NCBI RefSeq assembly: GCF_056712565.1
Contig: NZ_CM160072.1
Reading direction: 5' to 3' (one strand)
DNA length: 64,000 bases
How positions within the stretch are numbered: position 1 is the stretch's first letter; each line of letters starts with the position of its first letter. The notes beneath the pieces are model-generated. The model was not told the origin of the DNA. It worked only from the letters and a program-made list of their open reading frames with translations, and searched no databases. Below, piece after piece: positions 24,874-35,808 of the stretch. A program made the translations under genes and the position numbers.

Positions 24874-25577
24874 AGCAACCAGGGGAAGAACTGCAGGAAA
24901 CACTCACGGAGCTTGATGACCGGGCGGTTGTCGATTATCTGATTAAAAATCCTGAGTTTTTTATCCGCAATGCGCGCGCAGTAGAAGCGATACGTGTGCC
25001 GCATCCGGTACGCGGCACCGTTTCGTTGGTCGAGTGGCACATGGCCCGCGCACGTAATCATATTCATGTTCTGGAAGAGAACATGGCGCTGTTGATGGAA
25101 CAGGCAATCGCCAACGAAGGCCTGTTTTATCGTCTACTCTACCTGCAGCGCAGTCTCACCGCCGCCAGCAGTCTCGATGATATGCTGATGCGCTTTCACC
25201 GCTGGGCGCGCGATCTCGGCCTGGCAGGTGCGAGTCTGCGCCTGTTTCCGGATCGCTGGCGCTTAGGTGCGCCGTCGAACCACACTCATCTGGCATTAAG
25301 CCGTCAGTCTTTCGAACCGCTGCGTATTCAGCGTCTGGGGCAGGAACAGCACTATCTGGGGCCGCTTAACGGACCGGAGCTTCTGGTGGTGCTACCGGAA
25401 GCGAAAGCGGTGGGATCGGTGGCGATGTCGATGCTGGGAAGCGATGCTGATTTGGGTGTTGTGCTGTTTACCAGTCGCGATGCCAGTCACTATCAACAAG
25501 GGCAGGGAACGCAGTTACTTCATGAAATTGCACTGATGTTGCCGGAGCTTCTGGCGCGTTGGATTGAACGCGTATGA
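24870..25577 (+). CDS. yigA: DUF484-family protein YigA
   Basis: 235 aa; dapF-yigA-xerC-yigB synteny. Confidence 0.8.
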
Positions 25578-26470
25578 CCGATTTACACACCGATGTAGAA
25601 CGCTACCTACGTTATCTGAGCGTGGAGCGCCAGCTTAGCCCGATAACCCTGCTTAACTACCAGCGACAGCTTGAGGCGATCATCCATTTTGCCAGCGAAA
25701 ATGGCCTGCAAAGCTGGCAGCAATGTGATGTGACGATGGTGCGTAATTTTGCTGTACGCAGTCGCCGTAAAGGGCTGGGAGCTGCAAGTCTGGCGTTACG
25801 GCTTTCTGCGCTACGTAGCTTTTTTGACTGGCTGGTCAGCCAGAATGAACTCAAAGCTAACCCGGCGAAAGGTGTTTCGGCACCGAAAGCGCCGCGTCAT
25901 CTGCCGAAAAACATCGACGTCGATGATATGAATCGGCTGCTGGATATTGATATCAACGATCCCCTCGCCGTGCGCGATCGGGCAATGCTGGAAGTGATGT
26001 ACGGCGCGGGTCTGCGTCTTTCCGAGCTGGTGGGGCTCGATATCAAACACCTCGACCTGGAGTCTGGCGAAGTGTGGGTGATGGGAAAAGGCAGCAAAGA
26101 GCGCCGCCTGCCGATTGGTCGCAACGCCGTGGCGTGGATTGAGCACTGGCTTGATTTGCGCGACCTGTTTGGTAGTGAAGACGACGCGCTTTTTCTGTCG
26201 AAACTGGGCAAACGCATCTCCGCGCGTAATGTGCAGAAACGCTTTGCCGAATGGGGCATAAAACAAGGGCTGAATAATCACGTTCACCCGCATAAATTAC
26301 GTCACTCGTTCGCTACCCATATGCTGGAGTCGAGCGGCGATCTTCGTGGTGTGCAGGAGCTGCTGGGTCATGCCAACCTCTCCACCACGCAAATCTATAC
26401 TCATCTTGATTTTCAACACCTTGCCTCGGTGTACGATGCGGCGCATCCACGCGCCAAACGGGGGAAATAA
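25574..26470 (+). CDS. xerC: tyrosine site-specific recombinase XerC
   Basis: 298 aa; C-terminal RHSFATH...[12 protein letters not shown] catalytic motifs. Confidence 0.9.
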   Translation: MTDLHTDVERYLRYLSVERQLSPITLLNYQRQLEAIIHFASENGLQSWQQCDVTMVRNFAVRSRRKGLGAASLALRLSALRSFFDWLVSQNELKANPAKGVSAPKAPRHLPKNIDVDDMNRLLDIDINDPLAVRDRAMLEVMYGAGLRLSELVGLDIKHLDLESGEVWVMGKGSKERRLPIGRNAVAWIEHWLDLRDLFGSEDDALFLSKLGKRISARNVQKRFAEWGIKQGLNNHVHPHKLRHSFATHMLESSGDLRGVQELLGHANLSTTQIYTHLDFQHLASVYDAAHPRAKRGK

Positions 26471-27186
26471 TGCGTTTTTACCGGCCTTTGGGGCGCATCT
26501 CGGCGCTCACCTTTGACCTGGATGATACCCTTTACGATAACCGTCCGGTGATTTTGCGCACCGAGCGAGAGGCGCTTACCTTTGTGCAAAATTATCATCC
26601 GGCGCTGCGCAGCTTCCAGAATGAAGATCTGCAACGCCTGCGCCAGGCGGTACGGGAAGCGGAACCCGAGATTTATCACGACGTGACGCGCTGGCGTTTT
26701 CGTTCGATTGAACAAGCGATGCTCGACGCCGGGCTGAGTGCCGAAGAAGCCAGTGCAGGCGCACATGCAGCAATGATCAACTTTGCCAAATGGCGCAGCC
26801 GGATCGACGTCCCGCAGCAAACCCACGACACTTTAAAACAGCTGGCGAAGAAATGGCCGCTGGTGGCGATCACCAACGGTAACGCCCAGCCGGAACTGTT
26901 TGGTTTGGGGCATTATTTTGAGTTTGTGCTGCGCGCTGGCCCGCACGGGCGCTCAAAACCGTTCAGCGATATGTACTTCCTGGCGGCGGAAAAACTCAAC
27001 GTGCCGATCGGCGAGATCTTACATGTCGGGGACGATCTCACCACTGACGTGGGTGGGGCAATTCGCAGCGGAATGCAGGCCTGTTGGATCAGACCGGAAA
27101 ATGGCGATCTGATGCAAACCTGGGACAGCCGTTTACTGCCGCATCTGGAAATTTCCCGGTTGGCATCTCTGACCTCGCTGATATAA
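26470..27186 (+). CDS. yigB: HAD-family phosphatase YigB
   Basis: 238 aa; [11 protein letters not shown] motif I. Confidence 0.85.
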   Translation: MRFYRPLGRISALTFDLDDTLYDNRPVILRTEREALTFVQNYHPALRSFQNEDLQRLRQAVREAEPEIYHDVTRWRFRSIEQAMLDAGLSAEEASAGAHAAMINFAKWRSRIDVPQQTHDTLKQLAKKWPLVAITNGNAQPELFGLGHYFEFVLRAGPHGRSKPFSDMYFLAAEKLNVPIGEILHVGDDLTTDVGGAIRSGMQACWIRPENGDLMQTWDSRLLPHLEISRLASLTSLI

Positions 27187-27195
27187 TCAGCAAAT

Positions 27196-27211
27196 CTGTA
27201 TATATACCCAG
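27196..27211. promoter_or_regulatory. LexA (SOS) box upstream of uvrD
   Basis: CTGTATATATACCCAG matches CTGT-N8-ACAG-type consensus; about 60 bp upstream of the uvrD start. Confidence 0.6.
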
Positions 27212-27269
27212 CTTTTTGGCGGAGGGCGTTGCGCTTCTCCGCCCAACCTATTTTTACGCGGCGGTGCCA

Positions 27270-29432
27270 ATGGACGTTTCTTACCTGCTCGACAGCCTTA
27301 ATGACAAACAGCGCGAAGCGGTGGCCGCGCCACGCAGCAACCTTCTGGTGCTGGCGGGCGCGGGCAGTGGTAAGACGCGCGTACTGGTGCATCGTATCGC
27401 CTGGCTGATGAGCGTGGAAAACTGCTCGCCATACTCGATTATGGCGGTAACGTTTACCAACAAAGCGGCGGCGGAGATGCGTCATCGTATCGGGCAGCTG
27501 ATGGGCACCAGCCAGGGCGGCATGTGGGTCGGCACCTTCCACGGGCTGGCGCACCGTCTGCTGCGTGCGCACCATATGGACGCCAATCTGCCGCAGGATT
27601 TTCAGATCCTCGACAGCGAGGACCAGCTACGCCTGCTCAAACGCCTAATCAAGGCGATGAACCTCGACGAGAAGCAGTGGCCGCCGCGCCAGGCAATGTG
27701 GTACATCAACAGCCAGAAAGATGAGGGGCTGCGTCCGCATCATATTCAGAGCTACGGTAATCCGGTGGAGCAGACCTGGCAGAAGGTGTATCAGGCGTAT
27801 CAGGAAGCGTGTGACCGCGCGGGCCTGGTGGACTTCGCCGAGCTGCTGCTACGTGCTCACGAGTTGTGGCTTAACAAGCCGCATATCCTTCAGCACTATC
27901 GCGAACGGTTTACCAATATCCTGGTGGACGAATTCCAGGATACCAACAACATTCAGTATGCGTGGATCCGACTGCTGGCAGGCGATACTGGCAAAGTGAT
28001 GATCGTTGGCGATGACGACCAGTCAATCTACGGCTGGCGCGGAGCGCAGGTGGAGAATATTCAGCGTTTCCTCAATGATTTCCCCGGTGCTGAAACTATC
28101 CGTCTGGAGCAGAACTACCGCTCTACCAGCAATATTCTGAGCGCCGCTAACGCCCTGATTGAAAACAATAACGGGCGTCTGGGTAAAAAACTGTGGACCG
28201 ATGGCGCGGACGGTGAGCCTATTTCCCTCTATTGCGCTTTTAACGAACTCGACGAAGCGCGTTTTGTGGTTAACCGCATCAAAACCTGGCAGGACAACGG
28301 CGGGGCGCTTGCCGAGTGCGCCATTCTCTACCGCAGCAACGCCCAGTCGCGTGTGCTGGAAGAGGCGTTATTGCAGGCGAGTATGCCGTATCGTATTTAC
28401 GGCGGGATGCGCTTCTTCGAACGCCAGGAAATCAAAGATGCGCTCTCGTATCTGCGCCTGATTGCCAACCGCAACGACGACGCGGCCTTTGAGCGTGTGG
28501 TTAATACGCCAACGCGGGGTATTGGTGACCGGACGCTGGACGTGGTACGTCAGACATCGCGCGATCGCCAGTTAACACTCTGGCAGGCATGTCGTGAACT
28601 GTTGCAGGAAAAAGCCCTCGCCGGACGTGCTGCCAGCGCCTTACAGCGGTTTATGGAGCTGATCGACGCCTTAGCGCAGGAAACTGCCGATATGCCGCTG
28701 CATGTACAGACTGACCGGGTAATTAAAGACTCCGGCCTGCGCACCATGTACGAGCAGGAGAAGGGCGAAAAAGGTCAGACGCGTATCGAAAACTTAGAGG
28801 AACTGGTGACGGCAACGCGCCAGTTCAGCTACAACGAAGAAGACGAAGATTTAATGCCGCTGCAGGCATTCCTCTCCCATGCGGCGCTGGAAGCGGGCGA
28901 GGGGCAGGCGGATACCTGGCAGGACGCGGTGCAGTTGATGACGCTACACTCGGCGAAAGGTCTGGAATTCCCGCAGGTGTTTATCGTTGGTATGGAAGAG
29001 GGCATGTTCCCAAGCCAGATGTCGCTGGATGAAGGCGGGCGTCTGGAAGAAGAACGCCGTCTGGCCTACGTTGGCGTAACCCGCGCGATGCAGAAACTGA
29101 CGCTGACCTACGCGGAAACCCGCCGTCTATATGGCAAAGAGGTTTACCATCGCCCGTCGCGCTTTATCGGTGAGTTGCCGGAAGAGTGTGTGGAAGAGGT
29201 GCGCCTGCGCGCCACGGTAAGCCGCCCGGTCAGCCATCAACGGATGGGGACGCCGATGGTCGAGAACGACAGCGGCTACAAGCTCGGCCAGCGCGTACGC
29301 CACGCTAAGTTTGGTGAAGGCACCATCGTCAATATGGAAGGCAGCGGTGAGCATAGCCGTTTGCAGGTGGCGTTCCAGGGCCAGGGTATTAAATGGCTGG
29401 TGGCGGCTTACGCCCGGTTGGAGACGGTGTGA
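27270..29432 (+). CDS. uvrD: DNA helicase II
   Basis: Start at MDVSYLLDSLN (720 aa); Walker A GAGSGKT; the ORF-track 782 aa version is an artefactual upstream extension into yigB. Confidence 0.9.
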   Translation: MDVSYLLDSLNDKQREAVAAPRSNLLVLAGAGSGKTRVLVHRIAWLMSVENCSPYSIMAVTFTNKAAAEMRHRIGQLMGTSQGGMWVGTFHGLAHRLLRAHHMDANLPQDFQILDSEDQLRLLKRLIKAMNLDEKQWPPRQAMWYINSQKDEGLRPHHIQSYGNPVEQTWQKVYQAYQEACDRAGLVDFAELLLRAHELWLNKPHILQHYRERFTNILVDEFQDTNNIQYAWIRLLAGDTGKVMIVGDDDQSIYGWRGAQVENIQRFLNDFPGAETIRLEQNYRSTSNILSAANALIENNNGRLGKKLWTDGADGEPISLYCAFNELDEARFVVNRIKTWQDNGGALAECAILYRSNAQSRVLEEALLQASMPYRIYGGMRFFERQEIKDALSYLRLIANRNDDAAFERVVNTPTRGIGDRTLDVVRQTSRDRQLTLWQACRELLQEKALAGRAASALQRFMELIDALAQETADMPLHVQTDRVIKDSGLRTMYEQEKGEKGQTRIENLEELVTATRQFSYNEEDEDLMPLQAFLSHAALEAGEGQADTWQDAVQLMTLHSAKGLEFPQVFIVGMEEGMFPSQMSLDEGGRLEEERRLAYVGVTRAMQKLTLTYAETRRLYGKEVYHRPSRFIGELPEECVEEVRLRATVSRPVSHQRMGTPMVENDSGYKLGQRVRHAKFGEGTIVNMEGSGEHSRLQVAFQGQGIKWLVAAYARLETV

Positions 29433-29476
29433 CGTTGCGGAATGCGGTGCGCCATACCGCATTCCGCATCAGCACC

Positions 29477-30379
29477 TTACTTAGCGCACTTCTTCACATC
29501 AATATTCCAGTCAGCACCAGACGCAACCTGATGTTTCTGCGCGAAATTATCCATATTCAGCGCCACGGAAACATTCAATAAGCTGTTCAGATACACCATC
29601 GGCTGGCCTTCCGGCACATCGCCGAAGCTTGCGACATACGGCATTTTCCCTGCGTATTTTTGCTGGGAACCTTCGGAAATGGTCACACACAACGTGTCGT
29701 TGAGTTTGATTCCTGCCTGATTCAGCAACTCGTCGCTGATATTGCTCCAGACGTTGCCGTACTGAATATCGAGAATCGGGATATTGCCCTTCACTTCACC
29801 TTTTGTTGCTTTGGCTTTCTGATAAGAAAGTTCGACAACTTTTGCAGGAAGCTCTGGCCCCACCTGCTCGAACGTGATCGCCCCGGAAGCCAGACGTGCA
29901 CCGGTGTAGGCATACACGTCACGACCGTGGAAGGTATATGACTTTTCGGAACCTTTCAGACGGTTGGTTTTTTCATCGATTTGCCGGACGCTCTCAATAC
30001 CCAGCGATTCCGCCACCAACGTGAGCGTACCGTTATCTGGTGAAACGAAGTACTGACCATTTTTGGTTTTCAGCACTACCGATTTACGGTCTGTACCAAC
30101 ACCTGGATCGACCACGCTAACAAACACCGAACCTTGCGGCCAGTAACTGGCAGTCTGATACAGGCGGTAAGCGCCTTCCCAGATGTTATACGGTGGAATT
30201 TCGTGTGTTAAATCAAATATTTTAAGATTATGGTCAACGCCGAAAGCGACCCCTTTCATCGCCGAGACGGCGCCATCTTTCAGGCTAAAATCCGTTTGTA
30301 AAATCAAAGCGTTATCCGCATAAGCGGATGATGACCCCAGACAGGTTAATAAAAATAATGTTGCGAGCGTTTTTTTCAT
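29477..30379 (-). CDS. signal-peptide-bearing DUF62-like (SAM hydroxide adenosyltransferase family) protein
   Basis: 300 aa; predicted signal peptide MKKTLATLFLLTCLGSSSAYA; motifs TDFSLKDGAVSAMKGV and VVDPGVGTDR resemble the DUF62/fluorinase family; not in K-12 as I recall. Confidence 0.55.
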   Translation of the reverse strand: MKKTLATLFLLTCLGSSSAYADNALILQTDFSLKDGAVSAMKGVAFGVDHNLKIFDLTHEIPPYNIWEGAYRLYQTASYWPQGSVFVSVVDPGVGTDRKSVVLKTKNGQYFVSPDNGTLTLVAESLGIESVRQIDEKTNRLKGSEKSYTFHGRDVYAYTGARLASGAITFEQVGPELPAKVVELSYQKAKATKGEVKGNIPILDIQYGNVWSNISDELLNQAGIKLNDTLCVTISEGSQQKYAGKMPYVASFGDVPEGQPMVYLNSLLNVSVALNMDNFAQKHQVASGADWNIDVKKCAK

Positions 30380-30461
30380 TTTTGTTTCCCTTCATTTATC
30401 TGATGATTTTCCAGCTGTGTAGCCAGCCCCAGTTTGTCTGGCCTCCTCGAGTGTACAATGT

Positions 30462-31226
30462 TTAACCTTTCTGCTCGACGGAAATCATGGTGACAAAAGG
30501 ATAGCGTTGCCACGGGATTGCCTCGCCTTTCATATACATATGTGAAATTGTGCCATCAAGATAAAGCAGCTGCTCAACGTTCAGTTTCGCTTTGGCATAA
30601 CAGGCAAAATCATAAAAATTTGTCGCCTGCTGGCTCAACAAAAACACGGCGTTCCCATGTTTATTAATCCCAACACCGTTACGAATTTTACGTGAGGCGA
30701 CGTTGGGATGAATACGCGGATTAATTACACCGTTTTCCATCAACAATGGCCCTGACTGCACCGCAAACTGAATCTCTTTACTGGTTTTAAAGGCATCCAG
30801 ACGAACGATGCCGACTTTATCTCCCGCGACATAAAACACTCCGCCAGGACGAATAAAGAAATTCCCTTCACCTGAAGCGAGATTTAACGCCACCTTCTGC
30901 TGACCGTTTTCGATGTACAAACCGAGCGGCGCATAGCTTTCATCATAGATGCCGCCGTTCATCGCCATCTGCACCTGACCCTGACTATTAATATCCGCCA
31001 GCAGAGCATGTAACGTTCCCCACGCTTCGCCATTGGCTTTTTGCCAGTACATTTTCACCCGCTCTGTTTGAGGATTAACGGTATACGCCTGTACGGTCAG
31101 CGTCGGATCTGAGGGTGCGCAATCATCAGCGGCAACAGCAAACAAGGGAAGTAAGGTGAGGGTGAGAAAAATCCGTTTGAGATTCAAGGTGATCATTCCT
31201 TTACCAATGAATAGCCGATGCGCCAT
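30462..31226 (-). CDS. yigE: DUF2233-family exported protein YigE
   Basis: 254 aa with signal peptide; between uvrD and corA. Confidence 0.7.
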   Translation of the reverse strand: MAHRLFIGKGMITLNLKRIFLTLTLLPLFAVAADDCAPSDPTLTVQAYTVNPQTERVKMYWQKANGEAWGTLHALLADINSQGQVQMAMNGGIYDESYAPLGLYIENGQQKVALNLASGEGNFFIRPGGVFYVAGDKVGIVRLDAFKTSKEIQFAVQSGPLLMENGVINPRIHPNVASRKIRNGVGINKHGNAVFLLSQQATNFYDFACYAKAKLNVEQLLYLDGTISHMYMKGEAIPWQRYPFVTMISVEQKG

Positions 31227-31595
31227 TATAGGCCCTGAATGTGGGATTTTTTTATCCTGTTAGCGACCTTGACGAGTACCAAAAAGCGCGAAGTTCAACT
31301 ATTGTTCTGTGGTGTTCTGTTGCGTGTTGACGGCAAAATTTTGCTGGCGTAACATGCGCGCACGATCACTCTAAGAGGACATTCGCCTTGGACACACCCA
31401 GTAGATACTGGCTCATTATCCTGTCATCCAGGATCAACTCCTAAGGCTATCCCTTTTTGCTGATAGCCTTAGCGGTTGTCAGCGACCTCAATTTTTCCCG
31501 TCGCGCTGAGTCAGGCTGTTTAATGGTCTGAAACCCAATTTGTTTCTGTGTGCCCACCGAACTGTCCGATATTTTAAGCATTGGGAGTCCCGGTC

Positions 31596-32546
31596 ATGCT
31601 GAGCGCATTTCAACTGGAAAATAACCGACTGACCCGGCTGGAAGTCGAAGAGTCACAACCCCTTGTAAATGCAGTATGGATTGATCTTGTCGAACCGGAC
31701 GACGACGAGCGACTGCGCGTACAATCTGAACTTGGCCAGAGCCTGGCAACCCGCCCGGAACTGGAAGACATCGAAGCATCGGCACGTTTCTTTGAAGACG
31801 ATGACGGCCTGCATATTCACTCCTTCTTCTTCTTTGAAGATGCGGAAGATCACGCCGGTAACTCCACTGTGGCATTTACCATCCGTGATGGTCGTCTGTT
31901 TACTCTGCGTGAGCGTGAACTGCCCGCTTTTCGTCTGTATCGTATGCGTGCCCGTAGCCAGTCAATGGTGGACGGTAACGCCTACGAGCTGCTGCTGGAT
32001 CTGTTCGAAACCAAAATCGAACAGTTGGCAGATGAAATTGAAAATATCTACAGCGACCTGGAGCAGTTGAGCCGGGTAATTATGGAAGGGCATCAGGGCG
32101 ATGAGTACGACGAGGCGCTCTCCACGCTGGCGGAACTGGAAGATATCGGCTGGAAAGTTCGCCTGTGTCTGATGGATACCCAGCGCGCGCTCAACTTCCT
32201 GGTACGTAAAGCACGCTTACCGGGTGGGCAACTGGAGCAGGCGCGTGAAATCCTGCGAGATATCGAATCCCTGCTGCCGCATAACGAATCCCTGTTCCAG
32301 AAGGTGAACTTCCTGATGCAGGCGGCGATGGGCTTTATCAATATCGAGCAGAACCGCATCATCAAAATCTTCTCGGTGGTATCCGTGGTGTTCCTGCCAC
32401 CGACGCTGGTCGCTTCCAGCTACGGGATGAACTTTGAGTTTATGCCGGAACTGAAGTGGAGCTTCGGCTACCCAGGCGCGATTATCTTTATGATCCTCGC
32501 GGGCCTGGCACCGTATCTGTACTTTAAGCGGAAGAACTGGTTGTAA
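31596..32546 (+). CDS. corA: Mg2+/Co2+ transporter CorA
   Basis: Start at MLSAFQLEN (316 aa); C-terminal YGMNF motif and two TM helices. Confidence 0.9.
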   Translation: MLSAFQLENNRLTRLEVEESQPLVNAVWIDLVEPDDDERLRVQSELGQSLATRPELEDIEASARFFEDDDGLHIHSFFFFEDAEDHAGNSTVAFTIRDGRLFTLRERELPAFRLYRMRARSQSMVDGNAYELLLDLFETKIEQLADEIENIYSDLEQLSRVIMEGHQGDEYDEALSTLAELEDIGWKVRLCLMDTQRALNFLVRKARLPGGQLEQAREILRDIESLLPHNESLFQKVNFLMQAAMGFINIEQNRIIKIFSVVSVVFLPPTLVASSYGMNFEFMPELKWSFGYPGAIIFMILAGLAPYLYFKRKNWL

Positions 32547-32581
32547 TATAAATGCCGGGTAAAGATTGTTCTTTATCCGGC

Positions 32582-33079
32582 TTATTGCTGAAAATTGTCT
32601 TTTTCAAAGTCATGCGGGTTGAACACTCGCTCTATCTTATTTTCCTGGGTTAGTTGATACTCATTGTTATCAGCAATAAAAAAATGAGTATTACGGTAAG
32701 GATATTCATTAATAACCATTAAATAGTTTTTTACGATGCAATTATCATTGCTCTTAATCGTCGGGAAACAGTAGAGATCTTCATACGGCCCTTCGATATA
32801 TTTTTTATAGTCAGTGAAGCCATTACCGATATCAATAACATACCAGGTATGCCAACTATCTTCTGGTAGGGGATTTTGACTTTTAATTTCATCCTGATGC
32901 TTCAGATACCAATTTATTTTATCGCTATCAGTCCATGGCAGATGATCAACGACCAGAAAGACTGAATTGCCAGCATCAGAGTATGTATACAAAATCTGTA
33001 CAGGACGCAATATCCATAAATTATAGATGCAGCATAGAAGAAATAAATATAATATAATTTTCTGGAGTTTTCTTTTCAT
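32582..33079 (-). CDS. small membrane-anchored protein, candidate immunity/partner protein (possibly DUF943-like)
   Basis: 165 aa; N-terminal hydrophobic anchor; very AT-rich codon usage; 4-nt overlap with upstream gene. Confidence 0.5.
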   Translation of the reverse strand: MKRKLQKIILYLFLLCCIYNLWILRPVQILYTYSDAGNSVFLVVDHLPWTDSDKINWYLKHQDEIKSQNPLPEDSWHTWYVIDIGNGFTDYKKYIEGPYEDLYCFPTIKSNDNCIVKNYLMVINEYPYRNTHFFIADNNEYQLTQENKIERVFNPHDFEKDNFQQ

Positions 33080-33924
33080 AGATAATTTTCGATTCTTTCG
33101 ATAGTGTTAAAATTGGTGAAAAAAGGTTTGAAAGCAAAGTCTTTATGCCGTTGTAAAAAGAACCATATGCGAAAAAATCTATACTTGTTGTAAATCTTGT
33201 TTTTTATATCAGTCACATCCAAACCAAAGTGGTCTTGTGCTATGAAATGAATGGTAGCGCTCCAGCCCATAGGATATTTTTGAAAATTTAAAAGAGATAT
33301 TTTTTGAGCTGAGATATCATGAATGCTGATTCCCAGGCCATTAAAATTATCTTTAAAATCATTGAATTTATTTAGTCTTGATGAAAGTAATTCGGTCTTA
33401 ATCTTTTGTAGGAGAAGAGGCCGGTATCCTATCGTAGGTGTTGAAGAAATATCATTTTCGATACATTCTTTGATTACACGTATTGGGCTATTATAATCAT
33501 ATTTGTTTATTCGTTCATGAAAAGATAAGTTCAATTCCTGGCTATGGAAACTGTTGCCATTTTCATATCTAAAATGATCAATCAGATCCTGGATGAGTGT
33601 TTTGTATTGTCCAAAAAAGGAAAACATTTTTGCCAGATCTTTCATTTCTGCAAATAAAATATCAATACATTCACTTTGTGATATTTTTGTTCCAGAAGTT
33701 GGAACACTAAAAGCACCATAAGTAGAATTCGGCCCAGGAAAATGGTATTTAATGAGGCGGTAAGGATCAACTTTTGCAGAGATGTCGCTTAAGCCGAGAG
33801 AGAGAAAATCTTGTTCTTCCATATCCCCATACTGCATATCATCAGCAGAAAAATCATCGAATAAAGTAATAGTTTCGAAAAGTGTACAGGGCATATTAAT
33901 TGATGAGCCTAATATGTTGTTCAT
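33076..33924 (-). CDS. hypothetical protein, candidate toxin/effector-like (possibly DUF3289-like)
   Basis: 282 aa; no signal peptide; AT-rich; translationally coupled to the downstream 165 aa gene; occupies the slot held by yigF/yigG in K-12. Confidence 0.5.
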   Translation of the reverse strand: MNNILGSSINMPCTLFETITLFDDFSADDMQYGDMEEQDFLSLGLSDISAKVDPYRLIKYHFPGPNSTYGAFSVPTSGTKISQSECIDILFAEMKDLAKMFSFFGQYKTLIQDLIDHFRYENGNSFHSQELNLSFHERINKYDYNSPIRVIKECIENDISSTPTIGYRPLLLQKIKTELLSSRLNKFNDFKDNFNGLGISIHDISAQKISLLNFQKYPMGWSATIHFIAQDHFGLDVTDIKNKIYNKYRFFRIWFFLQRHKDFAFKPFFTNFNTIERIENYL

Positions 33925-34234
33925 TTATATTCTCCTTTCTTATAATTAAGGGCAATGTTAATTTGATAAGAAATAATAGGGTAAAAAAATTTTAAAAAAG
34001 AAATGCACTTCACATTTTTTATTACATTCTGAAGATAACTTGGTTAATGATTGGTCTTGCTCATCGCTAATAACATAATGATGAATTTACCAAAAATGAA
34101 ATTTATTAAAGCAAATGAAAATATACAACGACGTCTGGAAATTCTGCCTTTCCTTATGTGAGTCTCCTGTCAGCATGGCAATATGCCCACTCTCATGCAA
34201 GAGTCGGCATATTTTTTCAGAATATATTTATTTT

Positions 34235-35125
34235 TTATTTGGACGTTCTACGCTGCGTATAAATCGCATCCATCACAAAAATTGCCAGCGCCACCCAAAT
34301 AAAGGTGAAAGTTACCATCTTATCGGCACCCGGTTTTTCACCATAAAACGTCACAGCCAGCAGGAACATCAGCGTCGGACCAATGTACTGGAAAAAGCCT
34401 AACGTTGAGAGACGCAGGCGTGTCGCCGCTGCAGTAAAACACAACAGTGGCACGGTGGTGACAATACCGGCGGCGATCAGCAGTAAATTCAGCGACATCG
34501 GGTTTTGCCCCATATGACTGGTTGAGCTGTCGGCAATAGCAAACAGGTAAATCGCCGCCACGGGCAGCAACCACATAGTTTCGATTAACATGCCGGTTTG
34601 CGCTTCAACAGCAATCTTCTTGCGCACCAGGCCGTAGAAAGCAAAACTAAACGCCAGCCCCAGCGCGATGATCGGCAGTGAACCAAAAGTCCACAACTGA
34701 ACCAGCACTCCACATATCGCCAGAATCACCGCCAGCCATTGCATCCGGCGGAATCGCTCGCCGAGGAAAATCATCCCCAGCACAATGTTCACCAGCGGGT
34801 TAATAAAGTAACCAAGGCTCGCTTCCAGCATATGGTGATTGTTCACCGCCCAGATAAACAGTAGCCAGTTGCCGCCAATCAGCACGGCAGAGACTGCCAG
34901 CATAAAAATTTTCTGTGGCGTCTGAATCAGCGTTTTTAAATAGGACCACTGGCGGCAAATGCTCATCAGCACCACCATAAAGAAAAACGACCAGATCACG
35001 CGATGCGTCAGGATCTCATCGGCGGGCACGTAGTAAATCAGTTTGAAGTACGCTGGCGCAATACCCCAAATAAAATAAGCGGCAAGAGCGAGTAATACGC
35101 CCTGCCGCGTTTGTTTTGCATCCAT
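34235..35125 (-). CDS. rarD: EamA-family transporter RarD
   Basis: 296 aa, 10-TM protein; synteny. Confidence 0.85.
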   Translation of the reverse strand: MDAKQTRQGVLLALAAYFIWGIAPAYFKLIYYVPADEILTHRVIWSFFFMVVLMSICRQWSYLKTLIQTPQKIFMLAVSAVLIGGNWLLFIWAVNNHHMLEASLGYFINPLVNIVLGMIFLGERFRRMQWLAVILAICGVLVQLWTFGSLPIIALGLAFSFAFYGLVRKKIAVEAQTGMLIETMWLLPVAAIYLFAIADSSTSHMGQNPMSLNLLLIAAGIVTTVPLLCFTAAATRLRLSTLGFFQYIGPTLMFLLAVTFYGEKPGADKMVTFTFIWVALAIFVMDAIYTQRRTSK

Positions 35126-35176
35126 CGGGAATACTCATTTTTAATTGGTAACAGCAGTTTACCTGCTTTTATGTCT

Positions 35177-35644
35177 TCAACCTACCATATAGGTGGCGGT
35201 GGCACTGGCAATATAAAGCTGTTCTTCATTGTGTAATTCAACGCGGGCGACGGCGACTTTATTGCCTGCACGTAACAGGCTACTGGTAGCAGTAAAACGC
35301 TCGCCTCTGCCTGGGCGCAGATAATCGACGCGAAGATCAATGGTCCCCATCCGCGATAGCCGCTGGCGTAGTTCATCTTCACTGATGGTTTCGTGGCGGG
35401 TTAAGGTACTTCCCACGCACACCAGACCTGCGGCGACATCCAGCGCCGACGCAATGACCCCGCCGTGTAAAATGCTTTGCGCCCAGTTGCCCACCATCAT
35501 CGGCTGATTTTTAAAGGCCAGCTGTGCGAACTCTTTTTCGTAACGCTCCAGTTCCATCCCCAATGCGCGGTTAAATGGTATGTGATAAACAAACATCTCA
35601 CCCACTAATTTGAGGGCTTGTTCAGCGGTCAGTACGGCAGACAT
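35177..35644 (-). CDS. yigI: hotdog-fold thioesterase YigI
   Basis: Start at MSAVLTAEQ (155 aa); synteny. Confidence 0.8.
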   Translation of the reverse strand: MSAVLTAEQALKLVGEMFVYHIPFNRALGMELERYEKEFAQLAFKNQPMMVGNWAQSILHGGVIASALDVAAGLVCVGSTLTRHETISEDELRQRLSRMGTIDLRVDYLRPGRGERFTATSSLLRAGNKVAVARVELHNEEQLYIASATATYMVG

Positions 35645-35808
35645 AACATCCTTACACTTCATTGGTTAATGAAATGTTGATTTTATGCTTCTTTGTTGTT
35701 GGTTTCTACTTTAGGAAGGGATAACTAACGGCTATGGAGTTAAGTATGTAAAATAGCCCGCAGAAAAATATTCACCTTATCAATAATTCGTTACGGAGAA
35801 CACGAGCG

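Noticed and set aside
27084-27269. ORF-track 5' extension of uvrD to 782 aa
   Set aside because: Extension overlaps the yigB 3' end and covers the LexA box; canonical UvrD starts at MDVSYLL (27270)
34115-34402. 95 aa plus-strand ORF at the rarD 3' end
   Set aside because: Overlaps rarD on the opposite strand, AT-rich low-complexity translation, no RBS
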